Shown here piece after piece: positions 54,072 to 63,495 of a stretch of DNA of 64,000 nt; position 1 is the stretch's first letter, and each line of letters starts with the position of its first letter. Under the pieces are notes generated by a model. The model searched no databases and was not told the DNA's origin. It saw only the letters and a program-made list of their open reading frames with translations. The translations under genes and the position numbers were made by a program. This DNA is from Promethearchaeota archaeon (GTDB taxonomy: Archaea; Asgardarchaeota; Lokiarchaeia; Sigyniarchaeales; SOKP01). The stretch covers positions 26,586 through 90,585 of the forward strand of contig JAHPZI010000022.1 of assembly GCA_019058295.1 (NCBI GenBank). Reading direction: 5' to 3'.

Positions 54072-57000
54072 ATGAAAGGGAAGAACAAGAGTCTAATTAT
54101 TCTTTTAATCATAATACTACCACTTTTAATAATACTAAATGTTTCTCCTATAAATTCGAAAAATGATGACATGGTTATCGATGAATTAAATGAACAGATT
54201 ATAAACAAAAAAGAGCTAAGAAAACCTAAATCTTCAGGATCTTGGGATAATATCTATAGAATTCATATTAAAAATGATAATTGGTCTGCAACAGATTTGC
54301 CATGGATTCAAAATCGAACTGGTACTTGGGAAGACCCTCATATTATTGAGAATATAACAATTAGTAGTAGTGGTCTCCGGGACGCCATTTTAATCGAAGA
54401 TTCAAATCAATCCTTTATAATTAGAAATTGCACTATCCTTAATTGCGGAGATCCTGCCATGTATCTTGTGTATGCGGCTATTAAATTAGAAAGGTCATGT
54501 AATGGTACAATAATGGACAATAATTGTTCAAATAATTTTGGAGTGGGGATTTTTTTAGACGAAAACTGCAAGAATAATACTATTTTTAAAAATAATTGTT
54601 CAACTAATAGAGGAGGCGGAATCAGTTTAGAAGATGGCTGTCATAATAATACAATCGCTAACAATATTATATCTAATAATCAAGCGGGAGGCATTCTTTT
54701 CAATTTGATTGGAGGTGGAGAAAGCTGTGATTTTAACAACATTACAGGAAATGTTTTATTCTCAAATTCTTACATGGGTGATATTGCCCTATCTGATGGT
54801 AATTATAATAATATTACAAAAAATAGTGTTAAGGGGGTTATTAGGATAATAGATGGTAAACAGAATTTTATTTCAGAAAATACTGCATACGGGGGTCAGG
54901 TTTGGGTTGGTGGCAATAACCATACTGTGGTAAATAATAAAATATATGGAGGTCTTTATTCAAGTGGTGGAAATCTCACCTTTCTAAATAATAAAATGTA
55001 TGGTTGTGGGATTGAGATAGATGGTTCTCTTGAAGAATGTAACTCTAATAATATTGATTTATCAAACTCAGTAAATGGGCTACCTCTTTATTACTATGCA
55101 AATGAAAAAGATTTAGAAAATATTAACTTTTCATATGCGGGGAATCCAGGTCAGATTGTATTGGCTTATTGTGAGGACTCAGTAATTGAGGATATTATAA
55201 TTTCAAATACTTCATTTGCTATTCTTTTAGTTTCTTGTCAAAATATCTTCATAAAAAATTGTAATTTAACGAACAATGATTATGGAATCTATTTAAGAGG
55301 TGGTTTGTATAATAATATTACTCAAAATAATATAACTAATAATGATGCGGGAATTTTTTTAGATGGAATTCAATACAATGATAATGTTGATCATAACCAT
55401 GTTTATGAAAATACAATATCCAATAATAGTGGTATTGGAATATGCATTAGTGGTATTGCAAATTATAATAAAATAGAAAATAATACGATAAATCATAATT
55501 ATGATGGGATTATGTTATATGGAGGTACAGGAGCTATGTTTCTTCAAGATTGTACAGATAACTATATCACAAATAATACTTTAAGGTTTAATACTAACTA
55601 TGGGATTTACATACATCCTAGCTCAGGGGATGGAGATCCATATGACTTTTATACTTATGTTAGTAAAAATAATATGATAGGGGCTGGAATAGGAATTGAT
55701 GGAGATATAACAAGGCTTTCTGAATTAACTATTAGCACAGATAATATGGTAAATGGAAAACCTGTTTATTACTATAAAGATTGGACTCATTTTACAAGTG
55801 CAACTGATTGTGGTCAAGTTATTTTAATGAACTGTAAACATTCCAAAGTAAAAGGTTTAAATACATCTTATACTACTGTAGGAGTTTTATTATTTAAATG
55901 TGAAAACATCACAGTGAGTAATGTCAATGCTTCATACAATATTATATGCGGGATTTATTCACACTATTCTACTAATATTAATATTATAAATAATAATTGT
56001 TCTTATAATGATTTGTATGGAATTCAATTATATTCCCAAAATGATTTCAACATTTCAAATAATATATTAGAATATAATGGAGTATTTGGAATGTACTTTC
56101 GAGAGAGTAAGGATATAATTGTTTCAGGAAACAAAATGAAGCATTGTGGAATTGGTGTTCAGAAATTTCTTTTTATGTCCATTCTCGATGAGGTTAGTTC
56201 ATATAATATAGATACTAAAAATACCGTTGATGGTAAGCCCGTATATTTTTATAAACATGAAGAAAATTTGAAACCATGCAATTTTACAGACGCTGGACTA
56301 ATCTTTCTGGTAGGTTGTAATGAATCTCTAATATCAAATGTGGATACTTCTTATGGATCTATTGGAGTAATGCTATATTTCTGTGAAAACAATACAATCT
56401 CTAATATTAATAGTACACATAATTTAATATATGGATTTGAATTATACAATTGTTTTAATATTTCAATTCAAGAGTGTAATATCTCATATAATGATATGGG
56501 AATAATGCTATGGGAGTATGCAAATAATAATACTTTTTTTAAAAATAATTTTACACACAATTCTGGTTTGGGAATTTATATCTTTTTAGGTTGTATGTCA
56601 AATCTAGTGTATTGTAATAGGTTTATCAACAATACAAAAAATGCAGCAGATGATTCTGTCTGGAATAATCGATGGGATAATGGAACAATTGGTAATTACT
56701 GGGATGATTATACAGGATTAGATGTGATTGCTCCTTTTGGTATAGGTGATACTCCCTATCTTATACCTGGTTATTCAAATAGCCGTGATAATTACCCAAT
56801 TTACAATAAGGGAAGTGTACCCCCACTCAAAGTAATAATTATTGAACCCACAGCAGATATATATGGTCCTGCTTCTTTATTGATTAATGCCTCAATAATA
56901 GATGGAACAAAAGCAGTAGCAATGATAAATGCCTCCACACAGTTTAATATTTCCATGACAAAGTCGGGATCTTATTGGATCTGCTATTGGGATAACATCT

Positions 57001-57596
57001 CACTATACACTTCAGGAGATTATAATATTACCATCTGGGCAATTGATATCCATGGTAATGTAAATGATACTGAATTTGTTATTATCACGATTGATACTGA
57101 TGGTCCAAGTGTGTTAATAATCGATCCTGCTGCTGGTACATATGGTCCTGCTTCTTTATTGATCAATGCCTCAATAACGGATGTAACGCAAGCAGTAGCA
57201 ATGATAAATGCGTCCACGCCATTTACCATTTCCATGACATTATCGGGATCCTATTGGAACTGCTCTTGGAATAATATCTCACTATACACTTCAGGAGATT
57301 ATAATATTACCATTTGGGCAATTGATAACAATGGTAACGTAAATGCAACTGAATATATTGTGATCACGATAGAGATCGGGGGAGCTCCAGGGCTTCCTGC
57401 TGGAGATGATGATGACGATGATGATGATGGAAAGGACGAGTTTGATATCGTTGAATTTTTAACAAGTCCTATAGGGCTTACAATAATCGGCGGTTCAATT
57501 GCCGCTGTAGCAATTATTACAATTATAAAGATAAAAGGTTCTGGTAAATCTCGAGCGAAAGAAATTGAGAGAATCGAGAGAATAGGAAGTGAATAA
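54072..57596 (+). CDS. Giant beta-helix repeat surface protein (paralog B, tandem duplicate)
   Basis: 1174 aa. The first ~125 aa and last ~330 aa are near-identical to paralog A. The central beta-helix region is strongly diverged. Confidence 0.8.
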   Translation: MKGKNKSLIILLIIILPLLIILNVSPINSKNDDMVIDELNEQIINKKELRKPKSSGSWDNIYRIHIKNDNWSATDLPWIQNRTGTWEDPHIIENITISSSGLRDAILIEDSNQSFIIRNCTILNCGDPAMYLVYAAIKLERSCNGTIMDNNCSNNFGVGIFLDENCKNNTIFKNNCSTNRGGGISLEDGCHNNTIANNIISNNQAGGILFNLIGGGESCDFNNITGNVLFSNSYMGDIALSDGNYNNITKNSVKGVIRIIDGKQNFISENTAYGGQVWVGGNNHTVVNNKIYGGLYSSGGNLTFLNNKMYGCGIEIDGSLEECNSNNIDLSNSVNGLPLYYYANEKDLENINFSYAGNPGQIVLAYCEDSVIEDIIISNTSFAILLVSCQNIFIKNCNLTNNDYGIYLRGGLYNNITQNNITNNDAGIFLDGIQYNDNVDHNHVYENTISNNSGIGICISGIANYNKIENNTINHNYDGIMLYGGTGAMFLQDCTDNYITNNTLRFNTNYGIYIHPSSGDGDPYDFYTYVSKNNMIGAGIGIDGDITRLSELTISTDNMVNGKPVYYYKDWTHFTSATDCGQVILMNCKHSKVKGLNTSYTTVGVLLFKCENITVSNVNASYNIICGIYSHYSTNINIINNNCSYNDLYGIQLYSQNDFNISNNILEYNGVFGMYFRESKDIIVSGNKMKHCGIGVQKFLFMSILDEVSSYNIDTKNTVDGKPVYFYKHEENLKPCNFTDAGLIFLVGCNESLISNVDTSYGSIGVMLYFCENNTISNINSTHNLIYGFELYNCFNISIQECNISYNDMGIMLWEYANNNTFFKNNFTHNSGLGIYIFLGCMSNLVYCNRFINNTKNAADDSVWNNRWDNGTIGNYWDDYTGLDVIAPFGIGDTPYLIPGYSNSRDNYPIYNKGSVPPLKVIIIEPTADIYGPASLLINASIIDGTKAVAMINASTQFNISMTKSGSYWICYWDNISLYTSGDYNITIWAIDIHGNVNDTEFVIITIDTDGPSVLIIDPAAGTYGPASLLINASITDVTQAVAMINASTPFTISMTLSGSYWNCSWNNISLYTSGDYNITIWAIDNNGNVNATEYIVITIEIGGAPGLPAGDDDDDDDDGKDEFDIVEFLTSPIGLTIIGGSIAAVAIITIIKIKGSGKSRAKEIERIERIGSE

Positions 57597-57825
57597 TTAA
57601 AAATTTATTTTATTATTTTCTTATTTTCAAGTTTAATTTATTTAATAAAAGCTACAGTTTTATTCACATATCTGTATTGGACTAATCAAGAATTTATTGT
57701 TAATAAATACTACTTTTAAGTTAAAAAAAAAATAAAACTTTTATATAAATTAAAAATAAGAAATCCAATCAATAAATAATTATTTTTAAAATTTTTTTAT
57801 CAAAAAACAAGGTGAAATTAAAAGT

Positions 57826-58920
57826 ATGGAACATAAAGGTTTATTAATAGTGGCGATATTACTGATTGCAGCAGTAGGAGGCGCAGGGGCTTATTATTAT
57901 CTAACTGATCCTGGATGGTTTGATGGTCCAGCTGGAGAAGACGGAGATGATGGAGATGATGGAGTTGCTGGTACTAATTTTGACTCGATTCCGTATATTT
58001 ATTATTGTGATACTAGAGCAGAAATTGATAGAGCAATAACAGCAATAGGTACAGGTAAGGGGGAGATCATCATAACAGCATCTATATCTCTAACCTCAGA
58101 AATCGATTTAAATGGCGGAGGAATATATACAATCAGGGGTTTAGGAGCAGGTAGTCTATCTCCGCAGGGGGATGAAAATGCGATAAAAATATCAGATGCA
58201 GTTTTTTGTCTTATTACAGATTTAAGAATTGATATGTCAGATAGTACAGTAGACGAAGCATATGGAATTTATGTTGATGACGGAAATAACAATCCAGTAA
58301 TGATTGAAAATGTTCAGATTGTTGGGGATGGAGAAGGGTTAGGAAGAGGGATAGGGGTTGACACAGATAATATAATCGTAAGTGGATGTTATATGGAAGG
58401 TATGGAATATGGAATTTACGGTGATTATCATTCTTTTTGCACTTTTCAAAATAACATCATTAAAAATATGACCCAAAGAGGAATTCGCATTAATGGAGAA
58501 AGAAATACTGCTGTTGGGAATGTTATAGGTTATTGTGTCGTTGGATTAGATATAGCTGGTTGGAATCACAATTCTATAACTGGGAATATCATCTTTAATT
58601 TTACAAATTTTGGGATTTGGGTCTGGGGGAGCGATTCAAACATAATTACAGGGAATTCTGTACACCAAGACGATTTTCTGAATAATGTAAGTCATATCTA
58701 TGGACTTATTATGAATTCGGATTCAGACAATAATGTAGTAGATGGAAATTCGATACGTGATGTTTCTACTGACCATGGTTCTTATGTTGGATACGGGATT
58801 TACGTAGAAAATCTTAGTGGTGACAATATAATATCGAACAATAATATACTAGATTGCGAGACAGGAATTAGTCTCAATGATGGAACTTGTATACAGATAG
58901 ATAATGTGATTAATCCATAA
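57826..58920 (+). CDS. N-terminally anchored beta-helix repeat protein
   Basis: 364 aa. An N-terminal TM (LLIVAILLIAAVGGAGAYYY) is followed by the acidic GEDGDDGDDG stretch. PbH1-like repeats follow (GI.v..d..NN.v..N.I). Confidence 0.7.
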   Translation: MEHKGLLIVAILLIAAVGGAGAYYYLTDPGWFDGPAGEDGDDGDDGVAGTNFDSIPYIYYCDTRAEIDRAITAIGTGKGEIIITASISLTSEIDLNGGGIYTIRGLGAGSLSPQGDENAIKISDAVFCLITDLRIDMSDSTVDEAYGIYVDDGNNNPVMIENVQIVGDGEGLGRGIGVDTDNIIVSGCYMEGMEYGIYGDYHSFCTFQNNIIKNMTQRGIRINGERNTAVGNVIGYCVVGLDIAGWNHNSITGNIIFNFTNFGIWVWGSDSNIITGNSVHQDDFLNNVSHIYGLIMNSDSDNNVVDGNSIRDVSTDHGSYVGYGIYVENLSGDNIISNNNILDCETGISLNDGTCIQIDNVINP

Positions 58921-58981
58921 ATACCTACTATAACTTACTTTTTTCAACTTTTTTTTTATTTTTTGAATTTAAGCTTAAAAT

Positions 58982-60667
58982 TTATCTAATAAACGCTACT
59001 GTCTTGGCTATATATCCCATATAGGTGTCTACTTCTTGTTTTTTCACATCATCGCTCCAAGAATATTCTTTTGCCATTAATTCTGCAACTTTATTAGCCG
59101 CTTCTTTTGCCTTTTTATGATGAATCCACAATGACATTTCAGTTCGTCGGCAAAATACATCAATTAGATGGGGGGTTAGTTCATTTTTTAACAAATAAAC
59201 AATTTCTGCGGCGATGAAATCGTTCTCTTCAATAATTTTCTCTTTCATCGATTCGTTTTCTTTAATAATGTCGAGAATTTTAAGTGCTCCTTTGCCATAT
59301 TGTTGATATAAATGATCTGCTATATCATTATTGATATTAACGCCTGAATTCTTTAACTCTTTTATCCAATCATCTTTTTCAAGGCTAATAATATATTTTT
59401 GTTTAGAAAAATTCTTTTTTCTTTTAATATCGGGGAAAATATTTTTTTTTTCAATGTGAATGAATAAATCTTCAGCCATATTTCTGAAGGCAGTTAATTT
59501 TCCACCAGTTATAGTCGCTAATCCATCATCAGAAAAAAAGATAATATGTTTTCGGGAAATGTCACTTTCAGATTTGCCTTTTTGCATAACTAAAGGTCTA
59601 ATTCCGGCATAAGTTGAAATAATATTATCATAATCTAACTCAGCAGACGGAAAATAATGTTTTGTCGATGTAATCAGATAATCAGCATCATCTTTATTAC
59701 AAAAAGGAGTTGCCAAGTCTTCTTTATAATCGGTATCAGTAGTTCCAATAATCGTAAAATCTTTATTACGAGGTAATACAAAAAAAGCTCGATCATCTGT
59801 AATAGAGCGGATAATCGTGGCCATCCTGTTTTTAACATGTTCCCTTCTGTATTGCAAATGAACGCCCTTAGTGGGACGAATAAGTGGCTTTGGAATCTCT
59901 TCTGGATAACTTTCTAATAAGTTATCAGTCCATATACCTGTAGCATTTATAACTAATGTCCCCATTATTTCAAAATCATTATCGTTTTCCAAGTCTCTAC
60001 ATTTTACTCCCATAATTTTTCCATTATCTTTAACATATCCATTAACTTTACAATAATTAAGTACATCGGCGCCTCGTATTACCGCTTCTTTTAAGGTTTC
60101 TATTGTTAATCTGGCATCATCAACATTATTGTCATAATAAACAGCGCCCCCCAAGTTACCTTCCCTTATATATTCAGGTTCTAATTCAAACACTTCTTCA
60201 GGTTTATACCATTTATACTCTTTAAAAATTTTAAATTCTGTGTCCTTATTTCCTAAGAAATCATATATTTTAACGGCGCTCACTATAGTTCGCTTATTAT
60301 ATTTTCCATCTTTCAAATGTACAAAAAGAAATGGAACAGGCCTTATCAAATGTGGTAGATGGGCTAATAACCAATTTCTTTCAGTTGTGCTTTCATGTAC
60401 TAAATCCATATCTCCATGGCTTAGATACCGAATGCCTCCATGAGCTAATTTCGAGCTTCTCGAAGATGTGCCCGCAGCAAAATCTTGCATATCAACAACG
60501 GCAACTTTCAAATTCCGCATTGCTGCTTCTCTCGCAACTCCCGCCCCAGTTATGCCAGCGCCTATAATAATTATGTCATAATGAGTTTCTTTCAATCTTT
60601 TTATTATTATATCTCTATTCTTATAGTTCCAATTTTGGTTAAATAACCTTTTTTCTAATTCAATCAT
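58982..60667 (-). CDS. FAD-dependent glycerol-3-phosphate dehydrogenase (GlpA/GlpD family)
   Basis: 561 aa. YDIIIIGAGITGAGVAREAAMRNLKVAVVDMQDFAAGTSSRSSKLAHGGIRYL is the classic GlpD/GlpA N-terminus. It has a C-terminal alpha-helical domain. Confidence 0.8.
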   Translation of the reverse strand: MIELEKRLFNQNWNYKNRDIIIKRLKETHYDIIIIGAGITGAGVAREAAMRNLKVAVVDMQDFAAGTSSRSSKLAHGGIRYLSHGDMDLVHESTTERNWLLAHLPHLIRPVPFLFVHLKDGKYNKRTIVSAVKIYDFLGNKDTEFKIFKEYKWYKPEEVFELEPEYIREGNLGGAVYYDNNVDDARLTIETLKEAVIRGADVLNYCKVNGYVKDNGKIMGVKCRDLENDNDFEIMGTLVINATGIWTDNLLESYPEEIPKPLIRPTKGVHLQYRREHVKNRMATIIRSITDDRAFFVLPRNKDFTIIGTTDTDYKEDLATPFCNKDDADYLITSTKHYFPSAELDYDNIISTYAGIRPLVMQKGKSESDISRKHIIFFSDDGLATITGGKLTAFRNMAEDLFIHIEKKNIFPDIKRKKNFSKQKYIISLEKDDWIKELKNSGVNINNDIADHLYQQYGKGALKILDIIKENESMKEKIIEENDFIAAEIVYLLKNELTPHLIDVFCRRTEMSLWIHHKKAKEAANKVAELMAKEYSWSDDVKKQEVDTYMGYIAKTVAFIR

Positions 60668-60868
60668 AATTTTAATGGTTTCCTCTCACTTTTTCAGTTC
60701 AATTAGATTGTAACGACAAACTTAAGTAATTAATTAAAAAATTAAATCTTTCACATATAAAAAATGAACAATATTTATATGGTTAAGTGTATACATAATG
60801 ATCATTTATTTGTCCTTTTAGTATAATTTCAAAAAAGAAAATGGAATTAACAAAAAAATTAAACTGGA

Positions 60869-62362
60869 TTGATATATAAAATGGAAAAAAAATATTTGAT
60901 TTTATTATTCTTTTTACAATCATGGATTTTTTTCGGTTTTTTAATGACTACACCTATTCAATTAGGAGATTCAATCCCAGAAGAGCCCAAAATATCAGCA
61001 AGACCGAGTGCTGTTGCGAATTATGTACGCATCCTTGATGAATTTATCATAAATAATGAGACCGCCTTAGACCAACAATATCCGGCAATTTGCAACCTTA
61101 CTGGTGATACGTTTGCTGTAGCTTGGGAGAGTCAGGACCAAGATGGCAGTGGTGATGGGATCTATACGAGTGTTTTTAGTTCAAGCACGGGGGAGAATCT
61201 CACAAATGAAGTGAGGGCGAATTATAATACTACAAACTCTCAATGGAACCCTTCAATTTGTGCGCTTTCCAGTGATACATATGCTGTAGCGTGGGATAGC
61301 TTAAATCAAGATGGTGATATGAGGGGTGTATATGCGAGGATATTTAACGCAACGACGGGCAAAAATATTACTAGAGAATTTAGGGTAAATCATGAAACTA
61401 GTGGTTGGCAATTTCAATCTTCAATGTGTCTACTTTCGAATGGTAACCTTCTCATCGCTTGGACAAGCAATCAAGTTGGCTCCCAATATGACATTTACGC
61501 CCGAGTGTTTAATACGACCACATGTAATAATGTCACTGCGGAAAAGCTGTTAAATGTTAATAATGCTGAAAATCAATGGTATCCATCTGTCTGTGCTCTT
61601 TCCGATAATACATTTGCTGCAGCTTGGCAAAGCTATGACCAAGATGCTCCAAATACTTATGGCACTTATGCGAGGGTATTTAACGGAACGGATGGTGAAA
61701 GTATCTCAGGGGAATTCCGGTTAAATCATGAAATTGCATATAACCAATACAATCCTTCTATTTGTACACTTTCCGGCGATATTTTTGCTGCGGTATGGCA
61801 TAGTAACAATCAAGATGGTTCTGGTAATGGTGTTTATACTAGAATATTTAATGCAACCACGAACACTAATATCACATCAGAAACTCGGGTGAACCAAGAA
61901 ACGTACTCACAACAAGAATGGGCTTCAATTTGCGCGCTTTCCGAGGATTATTATGTAATGGTGTGGCAAAGCTCTGAACAAGATGGCGATAGTTATGGTA
62001 TATATGGTAGAATATTCAACGCGAAGACGGGAACAGCTGTAACACCTGAATTTGGTATTAATCAAATTGTATCGAACCAACAGAACCAACCTTCGATTTG
62101 TGCGCTTTCCAGCACTAGCTTTGCCGTAGTGTGGAATAGTAACAAGACTGACGATCTATATGATGTACATTGTACAACTTACCGACTGAAAGCCGCAGGG
62201 AAGGCGTTGATTGGGTTTTGGGGTGGTGTTGATGATGACGATGATGATGATGATGATGAAGCAATTCCTGGATATGATATTTCTATTCTTATTGGTTGTA
62301 TTGCTTTAATTTCAGTATTTTTAATTATGATTCGATGGAAATTGAAGGATTCTTTTAAATAA
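60869..62362 (+). CDS. Surface-anchored protein with seven ~55-aa repeats (putative beta-propeller)
   Basis: 497 aa. The likely real start is the ATG at 60881. The repeat reads Q..PSICALS..TFAVAW.S..QDGSG.G(I/V)Y.RIFNATTG.NIT.EFRVN. The C-terminus is GGVDDDDDDDDDEAIPGYD, TM, RWKLK. Confidence 0.7.
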   Translation: MIYKMEKKYLILLFFLQSWIFFGFLMTTPIQLGDSIPEEPKISARPSAVANYVRILDEFIINNETALDQQYPAICNLTGDTFAVAWESQDQDGSGDGIYTSVFSSSTGENLTNEVRANYNTTNSQWNPSICALSSDTYAVAWDSLNQDGDMRGVYARIFNATTGKNITREFRVNHETSGWQFQSSMCLLSNGNLLIAWTSNQVGSQYDIYARVFNTTTCNNVTAEKLLNVNNAENQWYPSVCALSDNTFAAAWQSYDQDAPNTYGTYARVFNGTDGESISGEFRLNHEIAYNQYNPSICTLSGDIFAAVWHSNNQDGSGNGVYTRIFNATTNTNITSETRVNQETYSQQEWASICALSEDYYVMVWQSSEQDGDSYGIYGRIFNAKTGTAVTPEFGINQIVSNQQNQPSICALSSTSFAVVWNSNKTDDLYDVHCTTYRLKAAGKALIGFWGGVDDDDDDDDDEAIPGYDISILIGCIALISVFLIMIRWKLKDSFK

Positions 62363-62440
62363 TAATTATTTAAATCTTTTTTTTTTAAGTTTGAATTCTA
62401 TAAATTCATTCGGATTTTTTATTGGTTTTATTATTATAGA

Positions 62441-63412
62441 TTAATCCTGCAATATTTTTCTTAAAATTAAAGGTAATGAGTAAATATCATAATAATTATG
62501 ATCAATACATTCTTTTATTAATCCAATATATCTTTCAGGATCTTTCAAATATTTTCTATAACATGTTCCTACCATATTACTTGGTAAATGATTTTTCCTC
62601 TCTAAATTTAATAACTCTTTTTCCATATTAGTGAGCGTATAATTAAAAAACATTTCCTTAAATTTACGACGACAATTATGATATAAATCAATGTGATGAT
62701 ATTTTGTATTAACGTTCTCATAAGGTATTTCATTTTCCGAAATCATTGGGTTTTCATCAAAAAAGTATAGGAATCGATTTGCAATATAGGGGATATCAAA
62801 GGTTTTTCCATTATACGTAATAAAACATTTAAAGTTTGGTAAAATTTCTTTTCGAAGATGTTCCAAAATTGCTATTTCTTCTTCCAGTTCACGGGAAAAC
62901 AATAATCGGATATTAAACTTATTTTTAACATAAAAACCGATACCTACAATAATTATTGGGGTCTCATATAGGCCTAGAGTCTCTATATCTAAGAAAAGAA
63001 AATCCTCTACCTTAAAACAAAAAGCTGTATCAATATCGTTAATATATTTATTCTCGCATAATGCTATGTAATCTTTATTTTTTATCGATTGTATCAATCT
63101 ATTTGCTGATTTCTGGTATTTTAAGTTGAGCCTCAGATCATATAGTGAACTAATGCCACGTCTTATTAATTTTTTTTCTGTAAATTCTCCAACATAGAAT
63201 ACTGTTTTGAGATTTCGAAGGATGCTATCTTTTGTTGAGGTTAAGTTTAATTCAAAGGGGATTTTTTCTTCTTCCCAAATGAATTCTAAGAACTGTCCCA
63301 TTTTGTTCTTAACTACTTGCTGATTTTGAAATAACTCCTCAAGTTTGCTGCCTTGGTATTGTTCTACCAGTTGAGTTACATCATACCCATAGTAAGGAGT
63401 AAAAAAATCCAT
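62441..63412 (-). CDS. RNase H-like fold 3'-5' exonuclease (YprB/COG3359-like, PolB-exonuclease related)
   Basis: 323 aa. Motifs are FLFLDIETLGL, ITYNGKTFDIPYI and HHIDLYH in the order expected for DEDD-type RNase_H_2 proteins. Confidence 0.6.
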   Translation of the reverse strand: MDFFTPYYGYDVTQLVEQYQGSKLEELFQNQQVVKNKMGQFLEFIWEEEKIPFELNLTSTKDSILRNLKTVFYVGEFTEKKLIRRGISSLYDLRLNLKYQKSANRLIQSIKNKDYIALCENKYINDIDTAFCFKVEDFLFLDIETLGLYETPIIIVGIGFYVKNKFNIRLLFSRELEEEIAILEHLRKEILPNFKCFITYNGKTFDIPYIANRFLYFFDENPMISENEIPYENVNTKYHHIDLYHNCRRKFKEMFFNYTLTNMEKELLNLERKNHLPSNMVGTCYRKYLKDPERYIGLIKECIDHNYYDIYSLPLILRKILQD

Positions 63413-63495
63413 TGTGTATAGTAATTAAAAAGAATTATTTAAAAATTAATTCTCTCCTGATTTATAATAACAATAAAAAATTTTTTTAGATTAAG

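Larger units (their letters stand above)
50351..57640 (+). repeat. Tandem duplication, unit 3695 bp (two copies)
   Basis: Start codons at 50377 and 54072 are 3695 bp apart. The leaders are identical (gtaaaatctaccaaaaatgacaaaaaatgaaaggg). The 5' ~400 bp and 3' ~1 kb, including the 3' UTR, are near-identical. Confidence 0.9.
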
